From Gemmatimonadales bacterium (GTDB lineage: Bacteria > Gemmatimonadota > Gemmatimonadetes > Gemmatimonadales > GWC2-71-9): a DNA stretch of 64,000 bases. The notes beneath the pieces are model-generated. The model did no database searches. It had not been told where the DNA came from and saw only the letters and a list, made by a program, of their open reading frames with translations. Shown here piece by piece: positions 1-10,112 of the stretch. Position 1 is the stretch's first letter; each line of letters begins with the position of its first letter. Location: assembly GCA_020633775.1 (NCBI GenBank), contig JACKDA010000003.1, forward strand, positions 87,211 through 151,210, read 5' to 3'. Made by a program: the position numbers and the translations under genes.

Positions 1-398
1 CGGCCGGCGGCGTCCTCGATCGGATGCTCACGCCGTTCCGGTTGGGTGTCGGCGGGCGACTCGGCTCCGGGACGCAGTGGATGAGCTGGGTCGCCATCGA
101 TGACGTCCTCGGCGCGCTGCATCACGCCCTCGTGACCGACGGCATCACGGGGCCGATGAACGTCGTGGCGCCGGATGCGGTCCGGAACACGGAGTTCACC
201 GCCACGCTCGGCGCGGTGCTCTCCCGGCCCACGATCCTGCCGGTGCCCGCCATCGCGCTCCGCGCCGTGTTCGGTGAGATGGCCGACGCGCTGCTGCTCG
301 CGAGCCAGCGTGCCGAGCCTTCCGTCCTGACCGCCACCGGGTACAGCTTCCGGTATCCCGAACTGGACGTGGCCCTGCGACACCTGCTGGGACGCTAG
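1..398 (+). CDS. C-terminal part of an SDR-type epimerase-family protein (YfcH-like, DUF1731-type C-terminus); the 5' end lies outside the window
   Basis: ORF 24..398 stays open in the same frame back to the window edge. The tail (GTQWMSWVAIDDV ... YSFRYPELDVAL) resembles the conserved C-terminus of YfcH-like epimerases. Recognised by eye; no search was run. Confidence 0.55.
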   Translation, partial: AGGVLDRMLTPFRLGVGGRLGSGTQWMSWVAIDDVLGALHHALVTDGITGPMNVVAPDAVRNTEFTATLGAVLSRPTILPVPAIALRAVFGEMADALLLASQRAEPSVLTATGYSFRYPELDVALRHLLGR

Positions 399-407
399 GA
401 GACGGAG

Positions 408-1715
408 ATGGGCGCGGGTACCGCGGGCGAGGACCTCCCGCATGTGGTGATCGTCGGTGGCGGCTTCGGCGGGCTGCAGGTGGCCCGCGACCTCCGCCGT
501 GCCCCGGTGCGGATCACCCTGATCGATCGGCAGAACTTCCACCTCTTCCAACCCCTGCTCTACCAGGTCGCGACCGGCGGGCTCGCCGGTGCGGACATCA
601 CCTCCCCCCTGCGCCGCGCCCTCAAGCGACAGCGGAACACCACCGTCCTCCTCGGGGAGGTGAACGATGTCGATCCCGAGGCCCGCACCATCAGTGTCGA
701 TGGACAGCCGCTGCGATACGACGCGGCGGTCATCGCCACCGGCGTCGTCCCCGACTACTTCGGTCACCCCGAATGGGAATCCCGCGCGCCGGGCCTGAAG
801 GCCCTTGCCGATGCGCACGAGCTCCGGCACCGGGTGCTTGACGCGTTCGAACGTGCGGAGGCGGAGCCGGATCCGGAGGAACGGGCGCGATTGCTCACCT
901 TCGTGGTGATCGGGGGTGGGTCCACCGGGGTCGAACTCGCCGGGGCGATCGGCGAGCTGGCACACCGGACGCTGCCCGGTGAGTTCCGCCGGATCGACCC
1001 GCGCAGCAGTCGGATCGTGCTCGTCGAAGCCGGTCCCGCCGTCCTCCCGGGCTTCTCACCTCCCTCGCGCCGGCGGGCGACGCGAGCCCTCGAACGGCTC
1101 GGTGTCGAGGTGCAGGCCGGGACCCGCGTGGCGGACATCACCGCCCATGGCGTGACGCTCGATCGCGACGGAGCATCGACCCTCCTTCCCACGGCCACCG
1201 TGGCCTGGGCGGCCGGCATCACCGGCTCGGGACTCGGCGCGACGGTCGCGGCGCGGACGAGATGTCAGCGCGACGACCGCGGCCGCCTCAGGGTGGAGCC
1301 GGATCTCAGCGTCGCCGGGTTCACTGACCTGTTCGTCATCGGCGACCTCGCCCACGTCGAGGTCCGCGGCGCGGCGATTCCGTGCGTCGCCCCAGCGGCG
1401 ATCCAGCAGGGGCGCCATGTCGCCCGCATCCTGCGGAACCGTTTCACGGGCATCGCGCGGGGTCACCGCCCGTTTCAGTACCGCGACAAGGGGATGCTGG
1501 CCACGATCGGACGGGCGGCCGCCGTGGCGGAGTACCGTGGGTTCCGGGTGTGGGGCGTCCCGGCGTGGATCGCATGGGTGGTGATCCACCTGATCTACCT
1601 CGTGGAATTCCAGAACCGGATCCTGGTCATGACCCAGTGGGTCAGCCAGTACCTCTTCAGCGGCCGCGGCGCCCGGGTGCTGACGGCGCCGCCGGTTCGC
1701 AATCCGGAGAGGTGA
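408..1715 (+). CDS. ndh: Type II NADH dehydrogenase / FAD-dependent pyridine-nucleotide oxidoreductase
   Basis: 435 aa. Two dinucleotide-binding motifs (VVIVGGGFGGL and VVIGGGSTGVELAG) and a hydrophobic C-terminal tail. GGAGACGGAG lies just upstream of the ATG. Confidence 0.8.
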   Translation: MGAGTAGEDLPHVVIVGGGFGGLQVARDLRRAPVRITLIDRQNFHLFQPLLYQVATGGLAGADITSPLRRALKRQRNTTVLLGEVNDVDPEARTISVDGQPLRYDAAVIATGVVPDYFGHPEWESRAPGLKALADAHELRHRVLDAFERAEAEPDPEERARLLTFVVIGGGSTGVELAGAIGELAHRTLPGEFRRIDPRSSRIVLVEAGPAVLPGFSPPSRRRATRALERLGVEVQAGTRVADITAHGVTLDRDGASTLLPTATVAWAAGITGSGLGATVAARTRCQRDDRGRLRVEPDLSVAGFTDLFVIGDLAHVEVRGAAIPCVAPAAIQQGRHVARILRNRFTGIARGHRPFQYRDKGMLATIGRAAAVAEYRGFRVWGVPAWIAWVVIHLIYLVEFQNRILVMTQWVSQYLFSGRGARVLTAPPVRNPER

Positions 1716-1726
1716 GCGACGCCCGC

Positions 1727-2563
1727 TCACGCCTGGCTGACATGCCCGAACTTGAGGCCGGCGACGAGCACGATCCCGCCGATGGCACTCCCGACGGTGG
1801 CCAGCGCGAGGAAGCGCGCGAAGCTGGCCACCGTGACCTCTCCCGCGACGACGCCCATCAGCACCTCGACGCTCCCCGCGATCGAGTGATGCAGGCCGAG
1901 GAACGCGATCGCCCCGGTCACCAGCAGGATGATCATCACCTGCCCCATCGTGTCGCGCGCGGCGGTGACCAGCCAGGACACCAGCCCCATGAGCCAGCCA
2001 GCCGCGACGGCGCTGCCCAGGATCACCGCCGCCCCGTGATCGGTCAGGTGCGCGGTCATCCGCAGCAGGTCCGCCTCGGCGAAGAGGCCGAGCCCGAGCC
2101 CCATCGGCACCGCGAGCGCGGCGAACGCGACGGCACCGAGGAGGTTGCCGACGTACACCAGGCCCCAGAGCCGGGCGACCCGCCGGATCGTGGTCCGTCC
2201 ATCGAGCAGTGGCAGGACGGCGAGCGTCGTGTGCTCGGTGAAGAGCTCGGAGCGGCCGAGGATCACGATCAGGAAGCCGATCGCGTACACGAGGGCGATG
2301 GTGAGGCGGGTGCCCAGCCCCGCCCCGGGCACCATCGCCATCACCGTCGCCACCATCAGCGGGCCGAAACCGATGTCGAGCCCGGCGCTGACGGCCGACA
2401 GGAAGAGTCCGCGCGCCGGTCGCTCGAGTTGCGCCGAGCCCACCGCGATCTCCTGGTGCAGGATTGTCTCGGCGGGCTTGGTGGCCTCGTCGCTTTCGGC
2501 GGGCGTGGCCGCCTCGTCGCGCTCGGCCGCGGGCGCCTCGTTGGCCGGCGTGGCCTCCGACAT
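1727..2563 (-). CDS. Formate/nitrite transporter (FNT) family channel
   Basis: Polytopic membrane protein containing GRSELFTEHT, typical of FocA/NirC-type channels. Start chosen at MSEATPA (ATG 2563) behind a GGAGG; the track ORF extends to 2629. Confidence 0.75.
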   Translation of the reverse strand: MSEATPANEAPAAERDEAATPAESDEATKPAETILHQEIAVGSAQLERPARGLFLSAVSAGLDIGFGPLMVATVMAMVPGAGLGTRLTIALVYAIGFLIVILGRSELFTEHTTLAVLPLLDGRTTIRRVARLWGLVYVGNLLGAVAFAALAVPMGLGLGLFAEADLLRMTAHLTDHGAAVILGSAVAAGWLMGLVSWLVTAARDTMGQVMIILLVTGAIAFLGLHHSIAGSVEVLMGVVAGEVTVASFARFLALATVGSAIGGIVLVAGLKFGHVSQA

Positions 2564-2630
2564 CGGACCTCCGGTGGCTGGGGGAACCTCGGAGGGTAGC
2601 CGCGGCCGGTGGGGAGGCCAACACCCCACC

Positions 2631-3212
2631 CTACGGAATCGTGATCCCGACCCCGAACTGGAGCACGTTCGGGTTGAGGTCGGTTCCCAGGGAAATGCCG
2701 TTCAGGTCGGCACCGGTACCGGTCGACGCGAAGTAGCTGATGTAGGGCGTCAGCGCCGCCCCGTTGCCGAGCGGGAGGTCGAAGCCCGCCCCACCACCGA
2801 ACATGAGTCCCTCACCAACCAGCGCCGCGACGTCGTTCTCGATCACGGCCCGCACGCCGCCGGCCGTCCCCTTGAGCCAGAAGCCGCCACTCGGCACCGG
2901 GTAGAGGACGAACACGACGCCGGCCGTGGCGATGCGGCGCTCCAGGCCGTCGCTGTTCTTGATCCAGCCGGTCCCTTCGATCCCGACCTGCAGCCCGGGC
3001 GAGACGGTGCCGCCGAGTCGCACGTAGCCCGCGATGCCGGTGAGACGATCGCCCAGGTCGAGGCCATCGCAGTCAGGGCATTCCACCCCCGCGGAGCCCG
3101 ATCCGGCACCGATCGAGAAGAAGAAGCCCTGTCGCGGGCTGGCCTGCTGCGCGGCGAGCGGGACGGCGACCAGCAGGGCCGCGACGAGGAGCGAGCAGTG
3201 GGATGTGCGCAT
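2631..3212 (-). CDS. Small outer-membrane beta-barrel protein
   Basis: Signal peptide MRTSHCSLLVAALLVAVPLAAQQ, alternating Gly/aromatic-rich strands, C-terminal ...LQFGVGITIP. Start moved from 3251 to the ATG at 3212. Confidence 0.5.
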   Translation of the reverse strand: MRTSHCSLLVAALLVAVPLAAQQASPRQGFFFSIGAGSGSAGVECPDCDGLDLGDRLTGIAGYVRLGGTVSPGLQVGIEGTGWIKNSDGLERRIATAGVVFVLYPVPSGGFWLKGTAGGVRAVIENDVAALVGEGLMFGGGAGFDLPLGNGAALTPYISYFASTGTGADLNGISLGTDLNPNVLQFGVGITIP

Positions 3213-3354
3213 CGGAACCTCTCGATCGGGGAGTCGGGGGCATTCACCCACCCAAGCGCCAAATGGGCCCGCCGTCCCTCATCCACTCGATCGGCCGCCC
3301 TTAACACCGGGAGCTGCATGCCGTCTCCCTACCGACCCTCACTGGGAGATCGAC

Positions 3355-4530
3355 ATGCGCCTCACCCCCGGCATCCTCGTCGGCAGCCTGCTCATCGGCT
3401 GTGCTGGCGACGGCACGAGTCCCGTGAGCGCCCCTCCCCCGCCCACCGAGGCGCCGAGCACCTCGGCGCTGGTGCGACTGACGACGATCGACCTGGCCCG
3501 ACTCGACGACTACACCCGGGCGCTGCCGGGGTACTACCTCACGCCGAACGTCACCCGACTCGACAATGCCAGCGGCCGACCGATCACCGACGCCGGTGCC
3601 ACGCTCGGTCGGGTGCTGTTCTTCGACCGCCACCTGAGCATCAACGATCGGATCGCCTGCGCCGACTGCCACGACGCGACCCTCGGCTTCTCGGACACGG
3701 CACGGTTCTCCGTCGGCCACGATGGCGCGTCCCGCACTGCGGCCCACTCGATGCGACTCGGCAACGCCCGGTGGTATGACGGCGCCGGATTCTTCTGGGA
3801 CCGTCGTGCCCCGACGCTCGAGGCCCAGGCCCTCGAGCCGATCCAGCACCCGGTGGAAATGGGGTTCGATGCCGCGCATGGCGGCCTCGGCGCGCTCATC
3901 GCCAAGCTCGACACGCTGCCGTACTATGCCGAGCTGTTCACCTTCGTGTACGGGGACGCCACGATCACCAGCGAGCGGATCGGCGCGGCACTGGCGCAAT
4001 ACGTTCGCAGCATCACCAGCACGGGGTCCCGCTGGGATGCCGGCTACGCGACGACATGGGATGTCGCCCTGCCGGATGCCGGGCTCTCCCGCCCGTTGCC
4101 GACCCTCACCGCCGAGGAGAATCGTGGCTGGCAACTCTTCCTGCTGCCGCCCGGCCAGGGTGGTGCCGGCTGCGCGGGATGCCACGTCCCGCCGACCTTC
4201 TCGCTTGCCGCGAATTCACGAAGCAACGGCCTCGACGCCGGCGAGACCACGATCTTCAAGTCGCCATCGCTGAAGAACGTCGCGGCGGCAGGGGGCTACA
4301 TGCATGACGGCCGCTTCGCGACGCTGGAGCAGGTGGTGGCGTTCTACGACACGGGAATCCAGGCAGGGCCGGCGCTCGACCAGCGACTGCGGCGCCCTGA
4401 TGGCCAGCCGGTCCGGCTCGGCCTGTCGGCCGCCGACCGTGCCGCGCTGGTCGCCTTCCTCGGCACCCTGACGGAATCCGCTCCCTCTGGGGACTCGCGC
4501 TTCACGTCGCCCTTCCGGGAGGACAGCTAG
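3355..4530 (+). CDS. Di-haem cytochrome c peroxidase (CCP/MauG family), lipoprotein
   Basis: Lipobox-like N-terminus MRLTPGILVGSLLIGCAGD. Two haem c motifs (CADCH and CAGCH) plus the MHDGRFATLEQVV segment typical of bacterial CCPs. Internal start chosen in track ORF 3034..4530. Confidence 0.8.
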   Translation: MRLTPGILVGSLLIGCAGDGTSPVSAPPPPTEAPSTSALVRLTTIDLARLDDYTRALPGYYLTPNVTRLDNASGRPITDAGATLGRVLFFDRHLSINDRIACADCHDATLGFSDTARFSVGHDGASRTAAHSMRLGNARWYDGAGFFWDRRAPTLEAQALEPIQHPVEMGFDAAHGGLGALIAKLDTLPYYAELFTFVYGDATITSERIGAALAQYVRSITSTGSRWDAGYATTWDVALPDAGLSRPLPTLTAEENRGWQLFLLPPGQGGAGCAGCHVPPTFSLAANSRSNGLDAGETTIFKSPSLKNVAAAGGYMHDGRFATLEQVVAFYDTGIQAGPALDQRLRRPDGQPVRLGLSAADRAALVAFLGTLTESAPSGDSRFTSPFREDS

Positions 4531-4778
4531 AAGCGCCAGCTGACCGAGCCGTACGTCTGCGTCGAGGCACTGGGCGTGCCCGATTCACGGTAGGTGGAGA
4601 GGAGGACCTGCCACAACCGAGATCGCCACCGCCCGCCCCGAGTACACCGCGCACCAGCAGATGCTCGAACAGTTCCTCGCCACCGTTCCCGTGACGCGCT
4701 GAGCGGCGCGTCCCCGCGCGACGCACGGGGGCGTGGGGTGCCTCGATCGCCGGGTCAGCCGTCGGGGCGGTCCAGCTG

Positions 4779-4801
4779 AAACCCTTGTTCCACAAGGGTT
4801 T
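4779..4801. promoter_or_regulatory. Perfect 10-bp inverted repeat AAACCCTTGT-tcc-ACAAGGGTTT in the 566-bp gap upstream of the hydrogenase operon
   Basis: Read directly from the sequence. It is the lowest-GC spot of the intergenic region and overlaps a possible TTGTTC-17-GATTGT promoter. Its function is unknown. Confidence 0.35.
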
Positions 4802-5095
4802 GCGAGTGATTGTGTCGGCTTTCGTCCCCCTTGCGCGAAGCGTTCCCACGCCACAACGTAGAGGCACGACTCCGGATCGACCGCGCCAGCGACGCGCGTC
4901 CGACGCTGTGGGCACGCGGCGCATCCCCGATCGGATCCCGAGCGCGACGTCACCCGTTGCCTGCACCCGGGACGCGCCCCATGTCGATGCCGACACCAGC
5001 CACCCGCACGCCTCCCCGTCACGGGGCGACGTGCGGGTGTTGCGCGTCCCCTCCACGGTCGGCGGGCCTGGCAGGCCCGCAGGAGGGTTGATTCC

Positions 5096-6259
5096 GTGTT
5101 CTCCTCCCTTGCGCATCCCTGGACCGCCGGCGAGAGCCTCGGCGAGCACCTGGAGCGACGCGGCGTGTCGCGTCGCGACTTCCTCGAGTTCTGCGGCGGG
5201 CTCTGTGCCGTCCTCGGCCTCGGCAAGGCCGCCGGCGTGCGGATGGCGGAGGCGCTGCAGGCGGTCAAGCGCCCGAGCGTGGTGTGGATCCAGCTGCAGG
5301 AGTGCACCGGCTGCGTCGAGAGCGTGATCCGCACCGCCGAACCGACGATCGGCAACCTGGTGCTCGACACGATCTCGCTCGACTTCTCGCACACCCTGAT
5401 GGCTGCCGCGGGTCACCAGGCCGAGGAGGCGCTGCAGACCGCGATGGCGGAGAACATGGGTCAGTACCTGCTGATCGTGACCGGCTCGGTGCCCCTCAAC
5501 GATGGCGGCGTCTACCTCACGATCGCCGGCCGGACCGCCCGCACGATCCTGGAGGAGGCGGCGGCGGGGGCGGCGGCGGTGATCGCCGTCGGCGCCTGCG
5601 CCCACTGGGGGAGCGTGCAGGCCGCGCGCCCGAACCCGACCGGCGCGGTCGGCGTGTCGGACATCATCAAGGACAAGCCGGTGCTGAACATCGCGGGCTG
5701 CCCGCCGATCGGCGACGTCGTGACCGCGACGGTGGCGCACTACCTGATGTTCGGGCGGCTGCCGGCCACCGACGGAGACGGGCGCCCGCTCTTCGCGTAC
5801 GGGGCGCGCATCCACGACCAGTGCCCCCGCCGCGCCAACTTCGATGCGGGCCAGTTCGTGGAACAGTTCGACGACGACAACGCCCGCAAGGCGTGGTGCC
5901 TCTATCACGTCGGCTGCAAGGGCCCGGCGACCTTCTCGCCGTGCCCGATCTTCCAGTGGAACGGCGGCACCGACTGGCCGATCGGCGCGGGGCATCCGTG
6001 CATCGGCTGCACGGAACGGAACTTCTGGGACACGATGTCCCCGTTCTACGATCGGCTCCCCGACGTCGGCGGCTTCGGCATCGAGCAGAACGTCGACCTG
6101 ATCGGCGCGGCGCTGGCCGCCGGCGCCACCGCGGGGGTCGCGACCCACGCGGTGATGACGGCGATGCACCAGCGCAAGCTCCGGCGCGAGCTGCCGGTGA
6201 TGGACGCCCCGGGGGCCGGCAACGTCCCGCCCTCCACCACGCCCAGCGGGAAGGAGTGA
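5096..6259 (+). CDS. hyaA: [NiFe]-hydrogenase small subunit, Tat-exported, with a C-terminal membrane anchor
   Basis: GTG start preceded by AGGAGGG. Twin-arginine signal SRRDFLEF. Fe-S cluster ligand motifs ECTGC, GACAHWG, GCPP, CLYHVGCKGP...SPCP and HPCIGC. Hydrophobic C-terminal helix. Confidence 0.95.
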   Translation: MFSSLAHPWTAGESLGEHLERRGVSRRDFLEFCGGLCAVLGLGKAAGVRMAEALQAVKRPSVVWIQLQECTGCVESVIRTAEPTIGNLVLDTISLDFSHTLMAAAGHQAEEALQTAMAENMGQYLLIVTGSVPLNDGGVYLTIAGRTARTILEEAAAGAAAVIAVGACAHWGSVQAARPNPTGAVGVSDIIKDKPVLNIAGCPPIGDVVTATVAHYLMFGRLPATDGDGRPLFAYGARIHDQCPRRANFDAGQFVEQFDDDNARKAWCLYHVGCKGPATFSPCPIFQWNGGTDWPIGAGHPCIGCTERNFWDTMSPFYDRLPDVGGFGIEQNVDLIGAALAAGATAGVATHAVMTAMHQRKLRRELPVMDAPGAGNVPPSTTPSGKE

Positions 6260-6263
6260 GGTC

Positions 6264-7975
<1,712 letters not shown>

Positions 7976-7979
<4 letters not shown>

Positions 7980-8704
7980 CCACCGCCACCGCCCGCCCCC
8001 GATCGCGGCGCGCCCTGCCGCGCGAGGGGGACTTCCGCTGGGTGCTGCTCTGGGGCGTTCCGCTCCGCGTCATGCACTGGCTCGCCGCCGCGAGCATCGT
8101 CGTGCTCGCCGTGACCGGGCTGTACATCGGCAAGCCGTACTTCATCGCCGGCGGCGACACGGCGGACCACTTCCTGATGGGCCGGGTGCGCTTCGTCCAC
8201 TTCGTGGCCGGCGCGGTCCTGGTGATGACCGGCATCGTCCGGATCTACTGGCTCTTCGCGGGCAACCGGTTCGAGCGGTGGCACGCGCTCTTCCCGGTCA
8301 GCGCCAAGGCGATCCGCCACATGGCCACCCAGGCGTGGACCTACCTGACGGTCACCCCGGAGAAGGCGCCGCGCTACCTCGGCCACAACCCGCTCCAGCA
8401 GATGAGCTACACCTCGCTCTACCTCGTGGCGATCGTCGAGGTGGTCACCGGGTTCGCGCTCTACGGCCAGTCGAACCCGAGCGGGATCTTCTACGAGGCC
8501 TTCAACTGGATCGGCCCGCTGCTCGGCGGGATGCCGAACGTCCGCTTCGTGCACCACACGCTCACGTGGGTGTTCGCGATCTACGTGCCGATCCACATCT
8601 ACCTGGCGATGCGCGCCGACGTGCTCGAGCACGACAGCACGATCTCCTCGATCATCAGTGGCGGGCGGATGGTGCCGCCCGAGGAGCGGTTCGAGGATGA
8701 CTGA
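7976..8704 (+). CDS. hyaC: Ni/Fe-hydrogenase b-type cytochrome subunit
   Basis: The ATG overlaps the hyaB stop (ATGA). It is the in-frame C-terminal part of track ORF 6359..8704. Four predicted TM helices with conserved His (RVMHWL, VRFVHF, FVHHTL). Confidence 0.9.
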
Positions 8705-9209
8705 GCCCGGCCGCCGCATCCTCGTCATCGGCCTCGGCAACCCGCTGATGGCCGATGACGGGGCGGGCCTGGCCGCCCTCGACCTCCTCGCGCGCACGTG
8801 GCAGTTGCCCGACAGCGTCGAACTGCTCGATGGCGGCACCTGGGGCATGAACCTCCTGCCGACGATCGAGGCCGCCGACACGGTGCTCCTCCTCGATGCG
8901 ATCCACACCGGCGGCCCACCCGGCGCCCCCGTCGAACTGGAGGGTCCCGAGATCCCGGCGATCCTGCGCCACAAGCTCTCGCCCCACCAGATCGACCTCG
9001 GCGAGGTGCTCGCCCTCGCCGCCCTGCGCGGCACCCTGCCCGAGCGGTTGGTGGCGATCGGCGTCGAGCCCGCGGAGCTGACGATGCGCACCGCGCTCAG
9101 CGCGCCGGTCGCCGCGGCCCTGCCGGGGATGGTCGCCCGCGCGATCGCGCGCCTGCAGGGCTACGGGGTCCATGCGGTCCCGGCGGAGCCGGCGGCATGC
9201 ACGAGCTGA
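8697..9209 (+). CDS. hyaD: Hydrogenase maturation endopeptidase (HyaD/HoxM family)
   Basis: ILVIGLGNPLMADDGAG motif. The start at ATG 8697 slightly overlaps the end of hyaC. Confidence 0.85.
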   Translation: MTEPGRRILVIGLGNPLMADDGAGLAALDLLARTWQLPDSVELLDGGTWGMNLLPTIEAADTVLLLDAIHTGGPPGAPVELEGPEIPAILRHKLSPHQIDLGEVLALAALRGTLPERLVAIGVEPAELTMRTALSAPVAAALPGMVARAIARLQGYGVHAVPAEPAACTS

Positions 9210-9457
9210 GCCTCGCCCTCGAGGTCTGCCGCCTGGCGGAGGTGCACCTCGCCGAGGCCCCGGCCACCTCGCTGCGGAACGTCGCCGTCGAGGTCGGCGA
9301 CGATGCCAATGTCGAGGTCGAGAACTTCAGGTTCTGTCTCGAGGCCCTCCTGTCGGCCCCGCCGTTCGGGGCGGCCCGACCGACCATCCTGCGCTGCGCC
9401 GGCCCCACCCTGCGCATCGCCTACCTGGAGGTGGACGATGGCCGTCCGGATCATTGA
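9197..9457 (+). CDS. hypA: HypA-like nickel metallochaperone, unusually short (86 aa), with no CxxC...CxxC zinc module
   Basis: Starts MHELSL (the MHE nickel-binding N-terminus) and ends ...LRIAYLEVDD, like the final HypA strand. In frame within track ORF 8798..9457. Overlaps hyaD and hypB. Confidence 0.7.
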   Translation: MHELSLALEVCRLAEVHLAEAPATSLRNVAVEVGDDANVEVENFRFCLEALLSAPPFGAARPTILRCAGPTLRIAYLEVDDGRPDH

Positions 9458-10112
9458 GGTCCGCGAGCGGGTGATGGCGCGCAACGACGAGCTGGCGGCG
9501 GGCGTGCGCGAGCGGCTGCACGGCGCCGGCATCCCCGCGTTCAACCTCGTCTCCTCGCCCGGCGCCGGGAAGACCGCCCTGCTCGAGCGCACCCTCGATG
9601 CGCTCGGCGACGAGCTCGGCATCAGCATCGTGACGGGCGACGTCCAGACCCAGAACGATGCCGACCGCCTGGCCCGGCGCACCGAGCGGCTCGTCCAGGC
9701 CGTGGTCACGGGAGGGGCATGCCACCTCGATGCGCGGCAGGTCGACACCGCACTCGATGCGCTCGACCTCGCCGCGACCGGCCTCCTCTTCATCGAGAAC
9801 GTCGGCAACCTGGTCTGCCCCGCGAGCTGGGACCTCGGCGAGGAGGCGAAGATCGTCCTCTTCTCGGTCACGGAGGGCGAGGACAAGCCGCTCAAGTACC
9901 CGAAGATGTTCCGCGAGGCACGCTACGCCGTCTTCACCAAGATCGACCTCCTGCCCCACGTGCCGTTCGACCTCGAGCGCGGGCGGCGCTGTGCCCTGGA
10001 GGTCAACCCCACCCTCCAGCTGTTCGAGACGTCCGCGCTCACCGGCGAGGGACTCGAGGAGTGGTTCGCCTTCCTGCGCCGCGCGGTGCATCCCGCGCCG
10101 GTGCCCGGATGA
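9438..10112 (+). CDS. hypB: Hydrogenase nickel-incorporation GTPase HypB
   Basis: P-loop SSPGAGKT, the GGACHLDA metal-binding CH motif and ENVGNLVCPA. There is no His-rich N-terminal tract. Confidence 0.9.
   Translation: MAVRIIEVRERVMARNDELAAGVRERLHGAGIPAFNLVSSPGAGKTALLERTLDALGDELGISIVTGDVQTQNDADRLARRTERLVQAVVTGGACHLDARQVDTALDALDLAATGLLFIENVGNLVCPASWDLGEEAKIVLFSVTEGEDKPLKYPKMFREARYAVFTKIDLLPHVPFDLERGRRCALEVNPTLQLFETSALTGEGLEEWFAFLRRAVHPAPVPG

Noticed and set aside
1056-2624. Very long ORFs on the opposite strand or in other frames of well-supported genes. Examples: 1056..2624(-), 2145..3779(+), 4502..6568(-), 5667..7976(-), 9923..11737(-), 12567..13742(-), 42700..45252(-), 44816..47209(-), 49415..51643(+), 51447..53765(+), 54362..57073(+).
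   Set aside because: Their translations are monotonous Arg/Pro/Gly/Ala-rich strings with no recognisable motifs. They overlap genes with unambiguous family signatures, which is the expected shadow-ORF artefact in ~70% GC DNA.
4527-4640. A minus-strand reading frame ending '...TYGSVSWRF*' right after the peroxidase gene, which looks like an OM beta-barrel C-terminal strand with a terminal Phe.
   Set aside because: The frame is shorter than 60 codons and turns Arg-rich and non-barrel-like upstream. There is no start or signal peptide. It is at best a decayed relic, more likely coincidence.
5066-5085. A sigma-54-like 'TGGCAG' just upstream of hyaA.
   Set aside because: The required GC element is not at the -12 position (the TGGCAC-N5-TTGC spacing fails), and the AGGAGGG ribosome-binding site occupies the following bases.
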